Origin: the human T2T-CHM13v2.0 reference genome, Homo sapiens
Reading direction: 5' to 3' (one strand)
Assembly (NCBI RefSeq): GCF_009914755.1
Contig: NC_060925.1
Length of the DNA: 64,000 bases
A model generated the notes under the pieces. The model was not told where the DNA came from. It worked only from the letters and a program-made list of their open reading frames with translations, and ran no database searches. The translations under genes and the position numbers were made by a program. Positions 12,885 to 28,720 of this stretch are shown piece after piece. Position 1 is the first letter of the stretch. Each line of letters opens with the position of its first letter.

Positions 12885-14479
12885 TTCCTCAAGACAGATA
12901 CAAGATGGGGGAAATGTCCACCTTTTCTGCTCCCTAGACCTCCAGCCAGCAAGTGAGGAAATCCAATTATTCAGCTTCCTTGCCAATGCTTTGGTCTCAC
13001 ATGATAAATCAGAAAGATGAGAAATGGAAAATCTGGGTCACTGGCCTAGCCCTAGGGAGCACTTTGGAGCAGAACTGAAATTAAAATTCATGACTTCTAC
13101 ACAGTATTGGAGTCCTGCCTGGTATGCAAACATTAATGAAAAATAGCTATGATTTATAGAATGCTTAAAATGTGCTAGACAATGAATTAAAAACTTTTCA
13201 TATATTAGCTCATTTTGTTCTTACAGTGGCCCTATTAGGTAGTTATTATCATTAACCTTGTTTTACAAATGAGGAAGCTAAAGCACAGAGTTTAAGTCAT
13301 GTCCAAAATTGCATGGTTGGAAATTGACAGAGGAGGAGGATTGGAACCCATGTCCCTGACTGTAGAGCCAGTAATCTTAACTGCTCTGTTGTAATGCCTG
13401 CCAGCAACCTCAGCTGCACTGCACCGCTCTTTCAGATGAATGGGACCCTAGGCACTCACTCACAGGAGACCGGGAATATTTTTCCTTCTACCAGAGAAAA
13501 ATAAAATTGTTTTCATCAATACTGTTTTTAAGTTAATTTTTTAATTGACAAATAGTAATTGCATATATTTATGGGGTACAATGTTTTGATATATGCATAT
13601 ACTGTGGAATGATGAAAACAAGCTAATAATATTTTTTAATTTTAAATAAAAGCACTGTATTTTGCAATCCCAATGTATGATAAAATTTTATATTGCTAGA
13701 TACTTCAGTACTCTACTCAGATACTACCTTCTTTAGAAAAACTTCTCTGGTGGAATTTAATTAATCACTCCCTCCTTCATGTTCTGCTTGTGTAGCACTT
13801 TACCCGATCTGGTTTGTATTATGGTTTGATGAATGCTTGCCTGGCTTTCCACACTAGATTTTAACACTGGATTTCTACACTAGATTTTAGCAATGCCTAG
13901 CACATGCTCTGTGTTTGTTTAATTAAATGAAGGACAGGTAACCACACTGTCCTTGAGTTTTACCAACTGTGGAAATAAAATTATGTCCCGTGAGCATTAG
14001 CTGCCTCTGAACTCCTACCTGTTCACTTAGGAAATTAAGTCCCTTACAAATTCCCCTGTACCCCACAAATACTTCTGCTTTTTCCAAGAATTGTTTTCTC
14101 TTCTAAACTGCTCCTGGTCCTGATTTTGGTTGTTCCGAGTCACAGCTGGCACTTTGCCTACTATGTATAGTCTTCAGAGCCACACATCCTCCTCCAAACC
14201 CTCCTGCCCCATTCCACTCCAGCTACTGAAGGGCAGATCTTTTCATTCTTTTTTTTTTTTTTTTTATACTTTAAGTTCCAGGGTACATGTGCACAACATG
14301 CAGGTTAGTTACATATGTATACATGTGCCATGCTGGTGAGCTGCACCCATTAACTCGTTATTTACATTAGGTATATCTCCTAATGCTATCCCTCCCCGGC
14401 CCCCCCACCCCACAACAGGCCCCAGTGTGTGATGTTCCCCTTCCTGTGTCTATGTGTTCTCATTGTTCAATTCCCACCT

Positions 14480-18299
<3,820 letters not shown>

Positions 18300-18362
18300 T
18301 ATGATGTTAGCTGGTTATTTTGCTTGTTAGTTGCTGCAGTTTCTTCCTAGCCTTGATGGTCT

Positions 18363-19377
18363 TTACAATTTGGCATGTTTTTGCAGTGGCTGGTACCGGT
18401 TGTTCCTTTCCATGTTTAGTGCTTCCTTCAGGAGCTCTTTTAGGGCAGGCCTGGTGGTGACAAAATCTCTCCGCATTTGCTTGTCTGTAAAGTATTTTAT
18501 TTCTCCTTCACTTATGAAGCTTCATTTGGCTGGATATGAAATTCTGGTTGAAAATTCTTTTCTTTAAGAATGTTGAATATTAGCCCCCACTCTCTTCTGG
18601 CTTGTAGAGTTTCTGCCAAGAGATCCGATGTTAGTCTGATGGGCTTCCCTTTGAGGGTAACCCGACCTTTCTCTCTGGCTGCCCTTAACATTTTTTCCTT
18701 CATTTCAACTTCGGTGAATCTGACAATTATTTGTCTTGGAGTTGCTCTTCTCAAGGAGTATCTTTGTGGCATTCTCTGTATTTCCTGAATTTGAATGTTG
18801 GCCTGCCTTGCTAGATTGGGGAGGTTCTCCTGGATATTATCCTGCCGAGTGTTTTCCAACTTGGTTCCATTCTCCCCGTCACTTTCAGGTACACCAATCA
18901 GACGTAGATTTGGTCTTTTCACATAGCCCCATATTTCTTGAAGGCTTTGTTCATTTCGTTTTATTCTTTTTTCTTTAAACTTCTCTTCTTGCTTCATTTC
19001 ATTCATTTCATCTTCCATCACTGATACCCTTTCTTCCAGTTGATCGAATCGGCTACTGAGGCTTGTGCATTTGTCACGTAGTTCTCGTGCCTTGGTTTTC
19101 AGCTCCATCAGGTCCTTTAAGGACTTCTCTGTATTGGTTATTCTAGTTAGCCATTCGTCTAATTTTTTTTCAAGGTTTTTAACTTCTTTGCCATGGGTTC
19201 GAACTTCCTCCTTTAGCTCAGAGTAGTTTGATCATCTGAAGCCTTCTTCTCTCAACTTGTCAAAGTCATTCTCCATCCAGCTTTGTTCCATTGCTGGCGA
19301 GGAGCTGCATTCCTTTGGAGGAGGAAAGGCACTCTGATTTTTAGAGTTTCCAGTTTTTCTGCTCTATTTTTCCCCAT
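18363..19377 (-). pseudogene. L1 ORF1, frameshifted
   Basis: Starts ATGGGGAAAAATAGAGC, one base short of the consensus, so the frame shifts at once; the internal 198-aa fragment (RPNLRLIGVPE) is recognisable ORF1p. Confidence 0.9.
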
Positions 19378-19955
19378 CTTTGTGGTTTTATCTACCTTTG
19401 GTCTTTGATGATGGTGATGTACAGATGGGGTTTTGGTGTGGATGTCCTTTCTGTCTGTTAGTTTTCCTTCTAACAGTCAGGACCCTCAGCTGCAGGTCTG
19501 TTGGAGTTTGCTTGAGGTCACTCCAGACTCTGTTTGCCAGGGTATCAGCAGCGGAGGCTGCAGAACAGCAGATACTGGTGAGCAGCAAATGTTGCTGCCT
19601 GATCGTTCCTCTGGAAGTTTTGTCTCAGAAGAGTTCCCGGCCATGTGAGGTGTCTGTCTGCCCCTACTGGGGGGGGGGGGCCTCCCAGTTAGGCTACTTG
19701 GGAGTCAGGGACCAACCTAAGGAGGCAGTCTGTCCATTCTCAGATCTCAAGCTGTGTGCTGGGAGAACCACTACTCTCTTCAAAGCTGTCAGACAGGGAC
19801 ATTTAAGTCTGCAGAGGATTCTGCTGCCTTTTGTTTGACTATTCCCTGCCCCCAGAGGTGCAGTCTACAGAGGCAGGCAGGCCTCCTTGAGCTGCAGTGG
19901 GCTCCACCCAGTTCGAGCTTCCAGGCTGCTTTGTTTACCTACTCCAGCCTCGGCA

Positions 19956-20219
19956 ATGGCAGGCGCCCCTCCCCCAGCCTCGCTGCCGCCTTGCAGTTCG
20001 ATCTCAGTCTGCTGTGCCAGCAATGAGGGAGGCTCTATGGGCGTAGGACCCCCCAAGCCAAGCACGGGATATAATCTCCTGGTGTGTCGTTTGCTAAGAC
20101 TGTTGGAAAAGTGCATTATTAGGGTGGGAGTGACCCGATTTTCCAGGTGCCATCTGTCACCCCTTTCTTTGACTAGGAAAGGGAATTCCCTGACCTCTTG
20201 TGCCTCCCGGGTGAGGTGA
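19956..20219 (+). CDS. L1 antisense ORF0, open, 87 aa (MAGAPPPASLPPCSSISVCCAS...)
   Basis: gcaATGg Kozak; peptide matches the primate L1 ORF0 N-terminus; open to TGA at 20217-20219. Expression is not demonstrated. Confidence 0.55.
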   Translation: MAGAPPPASLPPCSSISVCCASNEGGSMGVGPPKPSTGYNLLVCRLLRLLEKCIIRVGVTRFSRCHLSPLSLTRKGNSLTSCASRVR

Positions 20220-20912
20220 TGCTTCGCCCTCCTTTGGCTCATGCTGGGTGCAGTGCACCCACTGCCCTGCACCCACTTTCTGACACTCCCCAGTACCTCA
20301 GTTGGCAAGGCAGAAATCACCCGTCTTCTGCATCGCTCACGCTGGGAGCTCTAGACTGGAGCTGTTCCTATTTGGCCACCTTGGCTCCACCTCAGATCTT
20401 TTCATTCTTGTATATACAACAGTTTACTTGGACAGCCTGGGTAGTCAGGAACATCCATCCAAGCCACACTTCTGCCTATTAGGTTCCTCTGTTGTGCTAA
20501 ACAACAATTTGAATTTATAAATTCTATTGAACAGTGTTTCATCAAGTGAAACTCCAGTTTCATTGTACCTAGGAACTTGCCTCTCTTACTGCCTATTATT
20601 TAATCTTTCTAAGACTCTGTTTTCTCTTCTATAAAAAGAGGGTTGTCTTGCTGGGATGCTCCCTTGACATGCTTCACTTATCTTTATCGCCCTTATCACC
20701 ATCTGGCATATTGTAGTTATTCCTTTACTTATTATCTATCTAAACCAGTAGATTGTAAGCTCCATGAAAACAGGGTCTTTGCTGGCCTTTTTTTAAACTA
20801 CTGTGTCTCTACAATAAAGAGTAGTGCCTGACACATAATGGTTCACAGTAATTATTTATTGGATGAATGAATGAGATAATGCATCAGAAATACTGTGTCC
20901 ATTTTAAGGCAT

Positions 20913-23371
20913 GATCTCAGTTGTCTATTCCTGCATAAACAATCTACCCCACAATTCAGTAGCTCAAAACAACCATTTTATTGTATCTTATGATTTTGTG
21001 GGTCAGTAATTTGGACAGGTCTCAGCTGAGCAATTTGTTTTCCCCATGCAGTATTGACTGGGTCACTTGCTGGTATTCAGTGGAAGGCAGGGCTGCTCTG
21101 GAGGTCCCAGGTAACTTCACTTATATTGTGTGCCTGATGCCTTTGAGGACTGCTGGTGGCCTCAAGACCTCTCCTCTCTATAGCTCCAGCAAGGTAGTCG
21201 GATTTCTTTCATGGCAGCTCAGTATATCAAGAGGCCTACTGGAAACTGCAAGGTTTCTTATTGCCCAGGTTCAGGAGTTTATGGCCTAGAACTGCATTCT
21301 ATTGGTCAAGCAAGTCATGAAGACCAGCTTAGATCCAAGGGAGGGGAATTAGACTCTACCTCTGAATAAGAGAAGTAGCAAAAAAATTTGTAGCCATCTT
21401 GAATCAACCACATTCCTTTTCCTCTGACCACAGACATTATTACCACAAGCAAAATAAACTCACACTCTCCTAAAGCCCTCAAAAGTTTCCTGACATTTAC
21501 TGCATCAGCCTAGAAGTCCACTTTCTCACCATCTAACTCAAATTCAGGTGATGATGAGGCTCCTGGCACTCAGCTCCTTGAGTATAGTTCCCCTTGATCT
21601 GAAGTCACTGGGGCTCTCACACCCAAGAAACAATGGGACAGAGATAGGATAACCATAATAGGCACTCCCATTCGAAGAGTCAGAGAACAGAGGCATACAG
21701 TGGTCAGTAGTCCACAGCAATTTTGAAATCTAGCTGAGTACATATTACCAGTTCCTTGATTAGGGCCCAGTCCTGCTCCTGGGAATGATTCCCTCTGGCT
21801 ATCCATCAGTCCTCTGGGCTCTTGGTTCCATTCTTTGAGCCGTTCTTCTTTTTCCCTAAGAAGTAATCCTTGTTTTTGGCTGGGTAACTTTCTCAGCCTG
21901 CTTCTCTGAGGCAGGTTGAGGGTCCAAAGGCATCTTTTCACTTTGTACTCTCTTCATCCTTTTCAGTCAGTCCATGCTGGTATAATTCACTTAAAAATGT
22001 TAAGGCATCTTATATACTAATTGATAATGAACTTTACTAGGCAAAAGCCACACCCACATTTCATTCTGAAGCCAGCTTTTTCACCTTGCTTGGACTAACG
22101 GTGAGTCTGACATGGGATAACAGAACCTTAAAATTCTTAGAAACTCTTTTGTCCAATGGAGAGGTGCATTGCCTAAGATTGTAGAAGGCTTTTTGTTTAA
22201 CTGAAAGGATATATGAGGCACCACCTTAATTGAGGTCTTAATCATGGGTCTAGCTGTCACATCTTGGAATTTATTTTTGCCCTGAAGCCATTTCTTATTT
22301 TGAAAACTTTCCCTGTCTAGAGAGATTGAGGATGAGAAGTAGTTTGATGTTTGAACCCAGCAAAGTCTACGGCCATGCCACCCTGAATGCACCCGATCTC
22401 TTCTGAACCCAGCAAGTCCTGCCTCTTTATAATTCCTCTAAATTCTGCTTAAAAACCAAATGGCTCCTTTTTTAGCCCACTTTTTTTCTTTTTTTTTTTT
22501 AATCAATATCTTATAATAATGTGGCTAAAATAAACCTCTTTGTAGTTTTGAAATTCTGCTGAAAATCTCCTTAGCCAGATCCTCCCATTCATTGGGCACC
22601 TTTTCTATTTTCCCACATTATCAAAGACGAAAACTTTCTGCCATTACATAACACAGGTCATTTCTTCAGCCACCCCCCATAGTATTTTCTTTACTGTCCT
22701 TCAGTCTCTCCAGCAGTCTCCTCGATGTCCTTCCAGTATTCACTAACATTTTTCTCGAGGCCTTTCTAACTTCTGTGGCAACCAGGTTCAAAGTCATTGC
22801 CATTTGTTTTCAGTTTTTGTTATAGTGAAAGTCCACTTTCAGATACCAAATTTAGTTCCAGTTATCTATTGTTACTTAGTAAACTACTCCAAAACTTAGC
22901 ACAATAAGCAATTTATTGTATCTCATCATTTTGGTAATCAATAATTCTAGCATGGTTCAGCAGGGCAAATTTATTCCATAGTGGCCACAGTTAGGGTTGC
23001 TCAGTTGTGTCCAGCTGATGGAAGACTGCTTCACACATAATGCCTGGCACCCTGATGGGAACTGCTGGTCGTTGTGCTCAGCTAGGCCCCTCCCCTTGTC
23101 ATGTGGTCTCATGGCCTCTGCACGTGGTTTATCTAGCATGGTAGTTTGACTTATCCAGCAGCTTAGGCCTTAGAAGACATGTCCCAAGAGTCTCACATGG
23201 AAGCTACAAGGCTTCTTACTTACCTAGCCTGGCCAGTCAGACATCTCTTCTGCTGTATTCTATTAGTCAAGTAAGTCTCTAAGGGTAGCCCATATTAAAG
23301 GGAGGAGAATTAGATTCCACCTCTCAATGGGAGAAGTAGCAAGTAATTTGTGGTCATCTTTAATCTACTAC
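20913..23371 (-). mobile_element. MaLR (MLT1G/H-like) element with two LTRs and internal region
   Basis: Two homologous LTRs (~20913-21411, ~22855-23371) with matching ends (...gccatcttgaatcaaccaca / ...gtcatctttaatctactaca) around ~1.45 kb of MLT1-int-like sequence. Confidence 0.75.
22365..22406 (+). pseudogene. 5S rRNA retropseudogene, 5' ~42 nt only, tailless
   Basis: GTCTACGGCCATGCCACCCTGAATGCACCCGATCTCTTCTGA matches 5S rRNA nt 1-42 with 4 changes; direct repeats tgaacccagcaa at 22352-22363 and 22404-22415. Confidence 0.92.
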
Positions 23372-24149
23372 AGACACTGTATCCTTGATCTCAGAATGAT
23401 GCCTCTTTGTCTGGAAAGGGCATTTGTTTTTTAAGCCCAAGGTTAGAGAGACAGACATGGAGCTGTGATGGATCAAGAAGACATCATGTTCTGACTAACC
23501 AGGTGATCACAGGGATCACTGAAGTGACAGATGTTGCAGACATATTGTCCTCCTATCTAAGTCCCAGCCAATGTTACGTGTCAAAATTAGGGAAGCAGTA
23601 CGCAAAATGGTTAGGCAGGCCATTCTGAAACAAAACTGATTGGTTTCAAATCTCAGCTTTGCCATCAATCAGCTTTGTGAATGTGGGCAGTATAATTTAC
23701 CTCCCTGTGCTCCACATTAGTCATTTGTAAAGTGGGCATTAACTAGAGCCTACCTCAAAAGACTGCTGCGAGGATGAAAAGAGTTAGTACACACACAATT
23801 GTTAGAGGAGGATCTGGCAAAAATATATTAGACATAGCTATTTTTATTATTGATGTATAGATTATGCAGTAAACTATATCAACATCAATAATCCTTTTTA
23901 CCCAGAAACAAGTTGGAGAGAAGAAAAGGAAAATGAATTTTAAAAACTGAATGAAAGGTAAAAGTATCATTGGAATATTTGGAGCTGACTGTAAAGACTG
24001 TGACACCTTCCGATTTTTTGTCCCTTATCATCAATTCAGGTATTCCCTGAAGCACAATCAGTTGACCAAACTAAGAGCAGTGCCCTCAGGAAAGAATAAA
24101 ATGAATAGTTTAATTTATCAACATCATTTACCCAGGTTATTTGAGTTCT

Positions 24150-24451
<302 letters not shown>

Positions 24452-24534
24452 GGTTATTTGAGTTCTAAGCCAGAAAACTGAGAGCAGACACACACATAAC
24501 AATACTTGGTTGCCAAATGGAAATAAAAAGCAAT

Positions 24535-25300
24535 GTGTTAGGATAGGCTAGATTATGCTCCAGTAATAAATAATCTCCAAATCTCAGTAACTTAATACAA
24601 CAAAAATGAATTTCTTGCTCATTCTACATGTTCAATTAGGGTTAGCAGGAAGGCTCTGACCATCACAGTAACTCAGGGACTTAGGTTGATGAAAGCTTCA
24701 TCTTATTGATCTTCAAGGATCAATAAAACAGCAGAAACTGAAAAGGGCCAATTATGTACTAGCTCTTAAAAATGTCTGCGTTCTTCCCAGAAGTGACCAC
24801 ATGAGACTTCCTCTCACGTTTCAGCCAACGAAACAAGTTACATTTCACTGTTCAAAAGTCATAGCTAAGTTAAAATGGGATGAGGAAGAATAAAGTTACC
24901 ATGTATCTACAAGGAGAAAAGCTTAACAAAAAGCAAGAAAGCAGCACATACAGTGACTGGTGGATTGCATTATTGTTCCACAAATATTACTCTCCCCTCC
25001 TGCACTCTGTGGGCAGACTGTACTTTTCTGCACCAATGACTTTGGACTTGGCCATGTTACTTACTTTGGTGAACGGAAAATGGCAGAAGCGAGACTGTGC
25101 CAGTTCTGAGCAGAGACCAGTCATCATGAGTCTCTGCCAACTCTCTTGCACTCCTGCACTCTGCCATGAAAACGACAGACTTAAACCAATCCATACCTAA
25201 ACTATAGATCCTTGAGGGAGAAATGGATGTGTGTTGTATAATACTGAGATTGGGGAGTTCTTTGTTGAGCAGCATTGTTTCAGCAAAAAGATGACTAATA
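24535..25300. mobile_element. Degenerate MLT1-type LTR fragments
   Basis: gataggctagattatgctccagtaataaataatctccaaatctcagt... (MLT1J/K-like), then a second LTR-like piece ending gactaataca. Confidence 0.5.
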
Positions 25301-25569
25301 CAGTGACTCAACACAAGGATTTCATGAGACTGGCTACTACACATATGGTTTCCAAGAAAGGATATGAAATAAGACCTTACTAGCTAGTATTCTAAGAAAT
25401 GTAAAGCAAAATGAGATGGTGTTACATTATTTGTATACTAGCTAGATATAGAACTAAAATATAACTATCCAATTATTTACAAATTAAATAAGAAAAAAAT
25501 AAAAGGAGAATTTCTAGTGCTTTTGAGGCTAAGATAATAAAATTAGAAAGTCCTTTTATCCCAGGAAAA

Positions 25570-25960
25570 TCGCCATTCCTGCTGCTATAGCAAAATAGCT
25601 TAGACTGGGTAATTTGTAAATAATAGAAATTTATTTCTCACAGTTCTGAAGGCTGGACCAAGATCAAGGTGCTGGCAGATTCAGTGTCTGGAAGAGCTTG
25701 CTCTCTGCTCCCAAGATGGCTCCTTGTTGCCACAGATGCTGTGTCCTCACATGGCTGGAGGGACAGAGGACAAAAGGGACCAGAGCAATCCTTTCAACCT
25801 CTTTTTTAAGAGCACTAATCCCATTCATGAGAGTGGAGTGTTCATGCCTTATCACTTCCTAAGACATATTCCTAAAAGGCCCCACCCTGTAGTACTATAA
25901 CACTCGGTATTAAGTACCAATGTATGAATTTTGAAGGCATACATACATTCAACCATAGCA
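25570..25960 (-). mobile_element. MST/MLT1A-type MaLR solo LTR
   Basis: gctgctatagcaaaatagcttagactgggtaattt ... acattcaaccatagca termini. Confidence 0.75.
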
Positions 25961-28029
25961 TAATTCAAAAAAGGAGAATGATAAAGGCAGAAAGCTCTTC
26001 ATTAAGGCATTATTTATAACAGTCTAATATCAGAAACAGCATAACTATGCAATAGTAGAATATTTTAAGTAATCTATGGTCCTACTAATATTATAAAATA
26101 TTGTACACTCATTAGAATAATAACTATGAACTTTCCCTAAAAACATGGACAAATATTTACTAAGTGAAAGAAGGAGAATATAAACATATACCTAAGCTGT
26201 AATCGTAATTATGTAAATAGATATTTAATATATATAGATAACGACTAAAGGGAATTTGGAGAAATTTAAACATTTGTGCTGTAGCAGTGGTTATATGGGT
26301 GAATATTTTTCTTCTGAAATCTAACGCAAAAAAATTGTTCTTTTGACAATAAGTATAATTTTTAAAACAACAAGGAAATTTCTCTTCTCAAGAATATACC
26401 CATGTGTGTAAGAAAGAGTTGGTGTTTGGATTAAAAGATGCATTTTTTAAAGAGTGGGAAAAAATGCAACACATTTTTAATATTGAAGATCCCTGGGTAT
26501 TCTGAGTAATCTATATAACTCTGTATTTTTCAAATGTTTTTACAATGAATGTGCTATAAACTTTTGAAAAAAGTTATTTTAAAAATACATGAACGTATTT
26601 TCTAGCGTCACTTCTGAGACCCCACAGCTCACCTAGTTAGTGCTATCATTTCTTGAATCCAGTGAGCTGCCTGTAGACAGAGTTCCTCTCCACAACTCGG
26701 TAGCCCATCATTTGATTTGAGACAAAGCTAAATATAGCCCCAACTTTGGTATGAAGGATGGGAATCTGACTCTCCCTGCCTTTTCTTCCCCCCCATCAGA
26801 GGCAACAGGATATTCTTTTCAAGACAGGTGGCCTGTGAGCCTTGTCTAAGATCAAACTGGACCTTGAAATTTTTCCTGGTAACATTTTGAGCTCTGGAGC
26901 AGTGTGGTCCTACCAATAAATCAAGTGTTGGAGGAGTCTAGACTAGGGGCTTTTTAGATAGTTCTGCTAAACCTTCAAATGTTTTGTTATCCTCCCCTCC
27001 CCACCCCTACTTTGTACTAGTATGTAGGGGAACCAATCCAAGAGATAACAGACAGATGACAGGTTCCCCCAAGAACACAGACTCCCCACAGTCTCACCAA
27101 TACCCAGGCATGCCAGGTTCTTCCTGAGTTAAATGCCTAGGAGGCCTGAAAGAATAAATTCATCCTGGAGAAGTCTTGTGGGTTGTAGCTTTAGAAATTC
27201 AGGGAACATATCTCTGGGGCCACCCAATGGAGAACACAGCCTGTATCAGAACCTTAGCAGAGACTTTGGGCCTTTTGGGGTCTCAAATTTATCATCTCTG
27301 AAACAAGTACAACGAAATTAACATTGCCACATGTGGGCACTATAAAGCCTTTTTCAAATAAAAAAAAGGTCAGTGATAGTGCTAATAATAACAGTGATTA
27401 TGTCATTTAATAAAACGGTCTTATTTGAAAGCTAAAAAGGAGCTTCAGGGTGGCAAGCACTCTAATTATAGTATGTCTGCCTTGTTTAAATCTTGATACA
27501 TAAGTACATGGTACAGGGCCTGAGGCAATGCCATCTCCAAAGAGGCCTTTTCCATGATCTTAAAACAGTCACAAGGGAGTGTCTAGGTCCTGATGGCTAC
27601 TGTCTTGAGGCTTTTCTAGTGTTCTGGGAGTCAGGAAGCTTCTCCCTCCTTGAAGCTATTGGTAGAGCCCAGTTGCTGGCGAAACTGAAAAACGAGGAGG
27701 TAGAATACCCTAAAACAGGAGATGTCTGGGATACAGGCAGCTAATAGGGCTGTAAGGTTTTGTTGGGATGCTTCCCTTCCTGATGAAGGGTCCTGTCCCT
27801 GGATTAATGGTGAAACTGGCATGTCACATCTCTAGGAAGACAACATCGTGTTCCATGACCACGTAGGGTATACGTCTGCATTCAGCCGGGATTGCTCCTA
27901 AACCTTCCTAGACTCCATCTCTGGCTCTGGGGTTACCTGTGGGTGGGGCGATGCAGACACACAAGAAAACCTCCTCTACAAATTCTTCCTGTAGTTGGTT
28001 GATTGTATTCTAAGACCTTCGTTGGGATG

Positions 28030-28720
28030 GGCGAGGGACGGGGCTTGGTACGGCGTCCTCTAAGCTCTCTGCCCTCTGCCGTCATCATTCATCTGAGCCA
28101 GCGAGAGAGGGGTCGGGGAGACGCGAGGGTGGTTCAGGGGGCGTGCAACCTGGGCCGATTGTGCCCCAGCACACTGGTTGTCGGGAGCCCCGCCTCCGCT
28201 CGCGGTTGACAGCTCAGCTGGTGCCGAGCAACTCGTGCCAGCCAGTCGTGTCTCAGCCTGGAGAGTGCGCGCACCGCCGCCCGGGCAGCCGCTGGCTCCA
28301 GCTCACGAAACAGCCCCGGGCGCCGCGCCGCTCCGAGTCCAGCCTCCTACTGAGAACAGTCCCTCCCTTGTGCGGGTCGCACGGCTAGCCGCAGGTTCGG
28401 CCACGTCAAATCCATTTTCTAAAAAAGCAGGGAGCAGAGCTCTCTCTTCGCCGCCGACGCAGAAAGGAGCTGGGGAGGAAAAAGCTGCTGCCTTTTGCGC
28501 TGGAGATTCGTGGGCAAGGCTTCTCATTTTCCCAGGCTGCTTCCCCTCCCGGGTGAGGAGCGTCCTAAGACTAAGGAAAGAGCCTGGAAAATGGAGCAGA
28601 CCTGGACGAGGTAGGTGGGCTGTTTCCTTCTCGCCGCACTCCAGACTTGGTGGTCCTCCTCCCTCCCCTCCCCCAGCGCCCTTAGGGAGAGAGAGGTCGC
28701 CCCTCACCACCAGGGTCCCG
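28030..28720 (+). promoter_or_regulatory. CpG island / TATA-less promoter and 5' UTR of PDE4DIP
   Basis: Only CpG-dense, non-repeat GC-rich segment in the window; GC boxes (ggggcg 28137, ccccgcc 28188), palindrome GTGCGCGCAC 28265-28274; contains the start codon and first donor. Confidence 0.88.
28591..28610 (+). CDS. PDE4DIP: PDE4DIP first coding exon portion (MEQTWT + 2 nt of Arg codon)
   Basis: aaaATGG Kozak context; first ATG after 28030 in the CpG island; ends GAG|gtaggt donor (phase 2). Joins in frame to 46678. Peptide recognised as the MEQTWTRDYFAEDD N-terminus of a myomegalin isoform. Confidence 0.88.
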
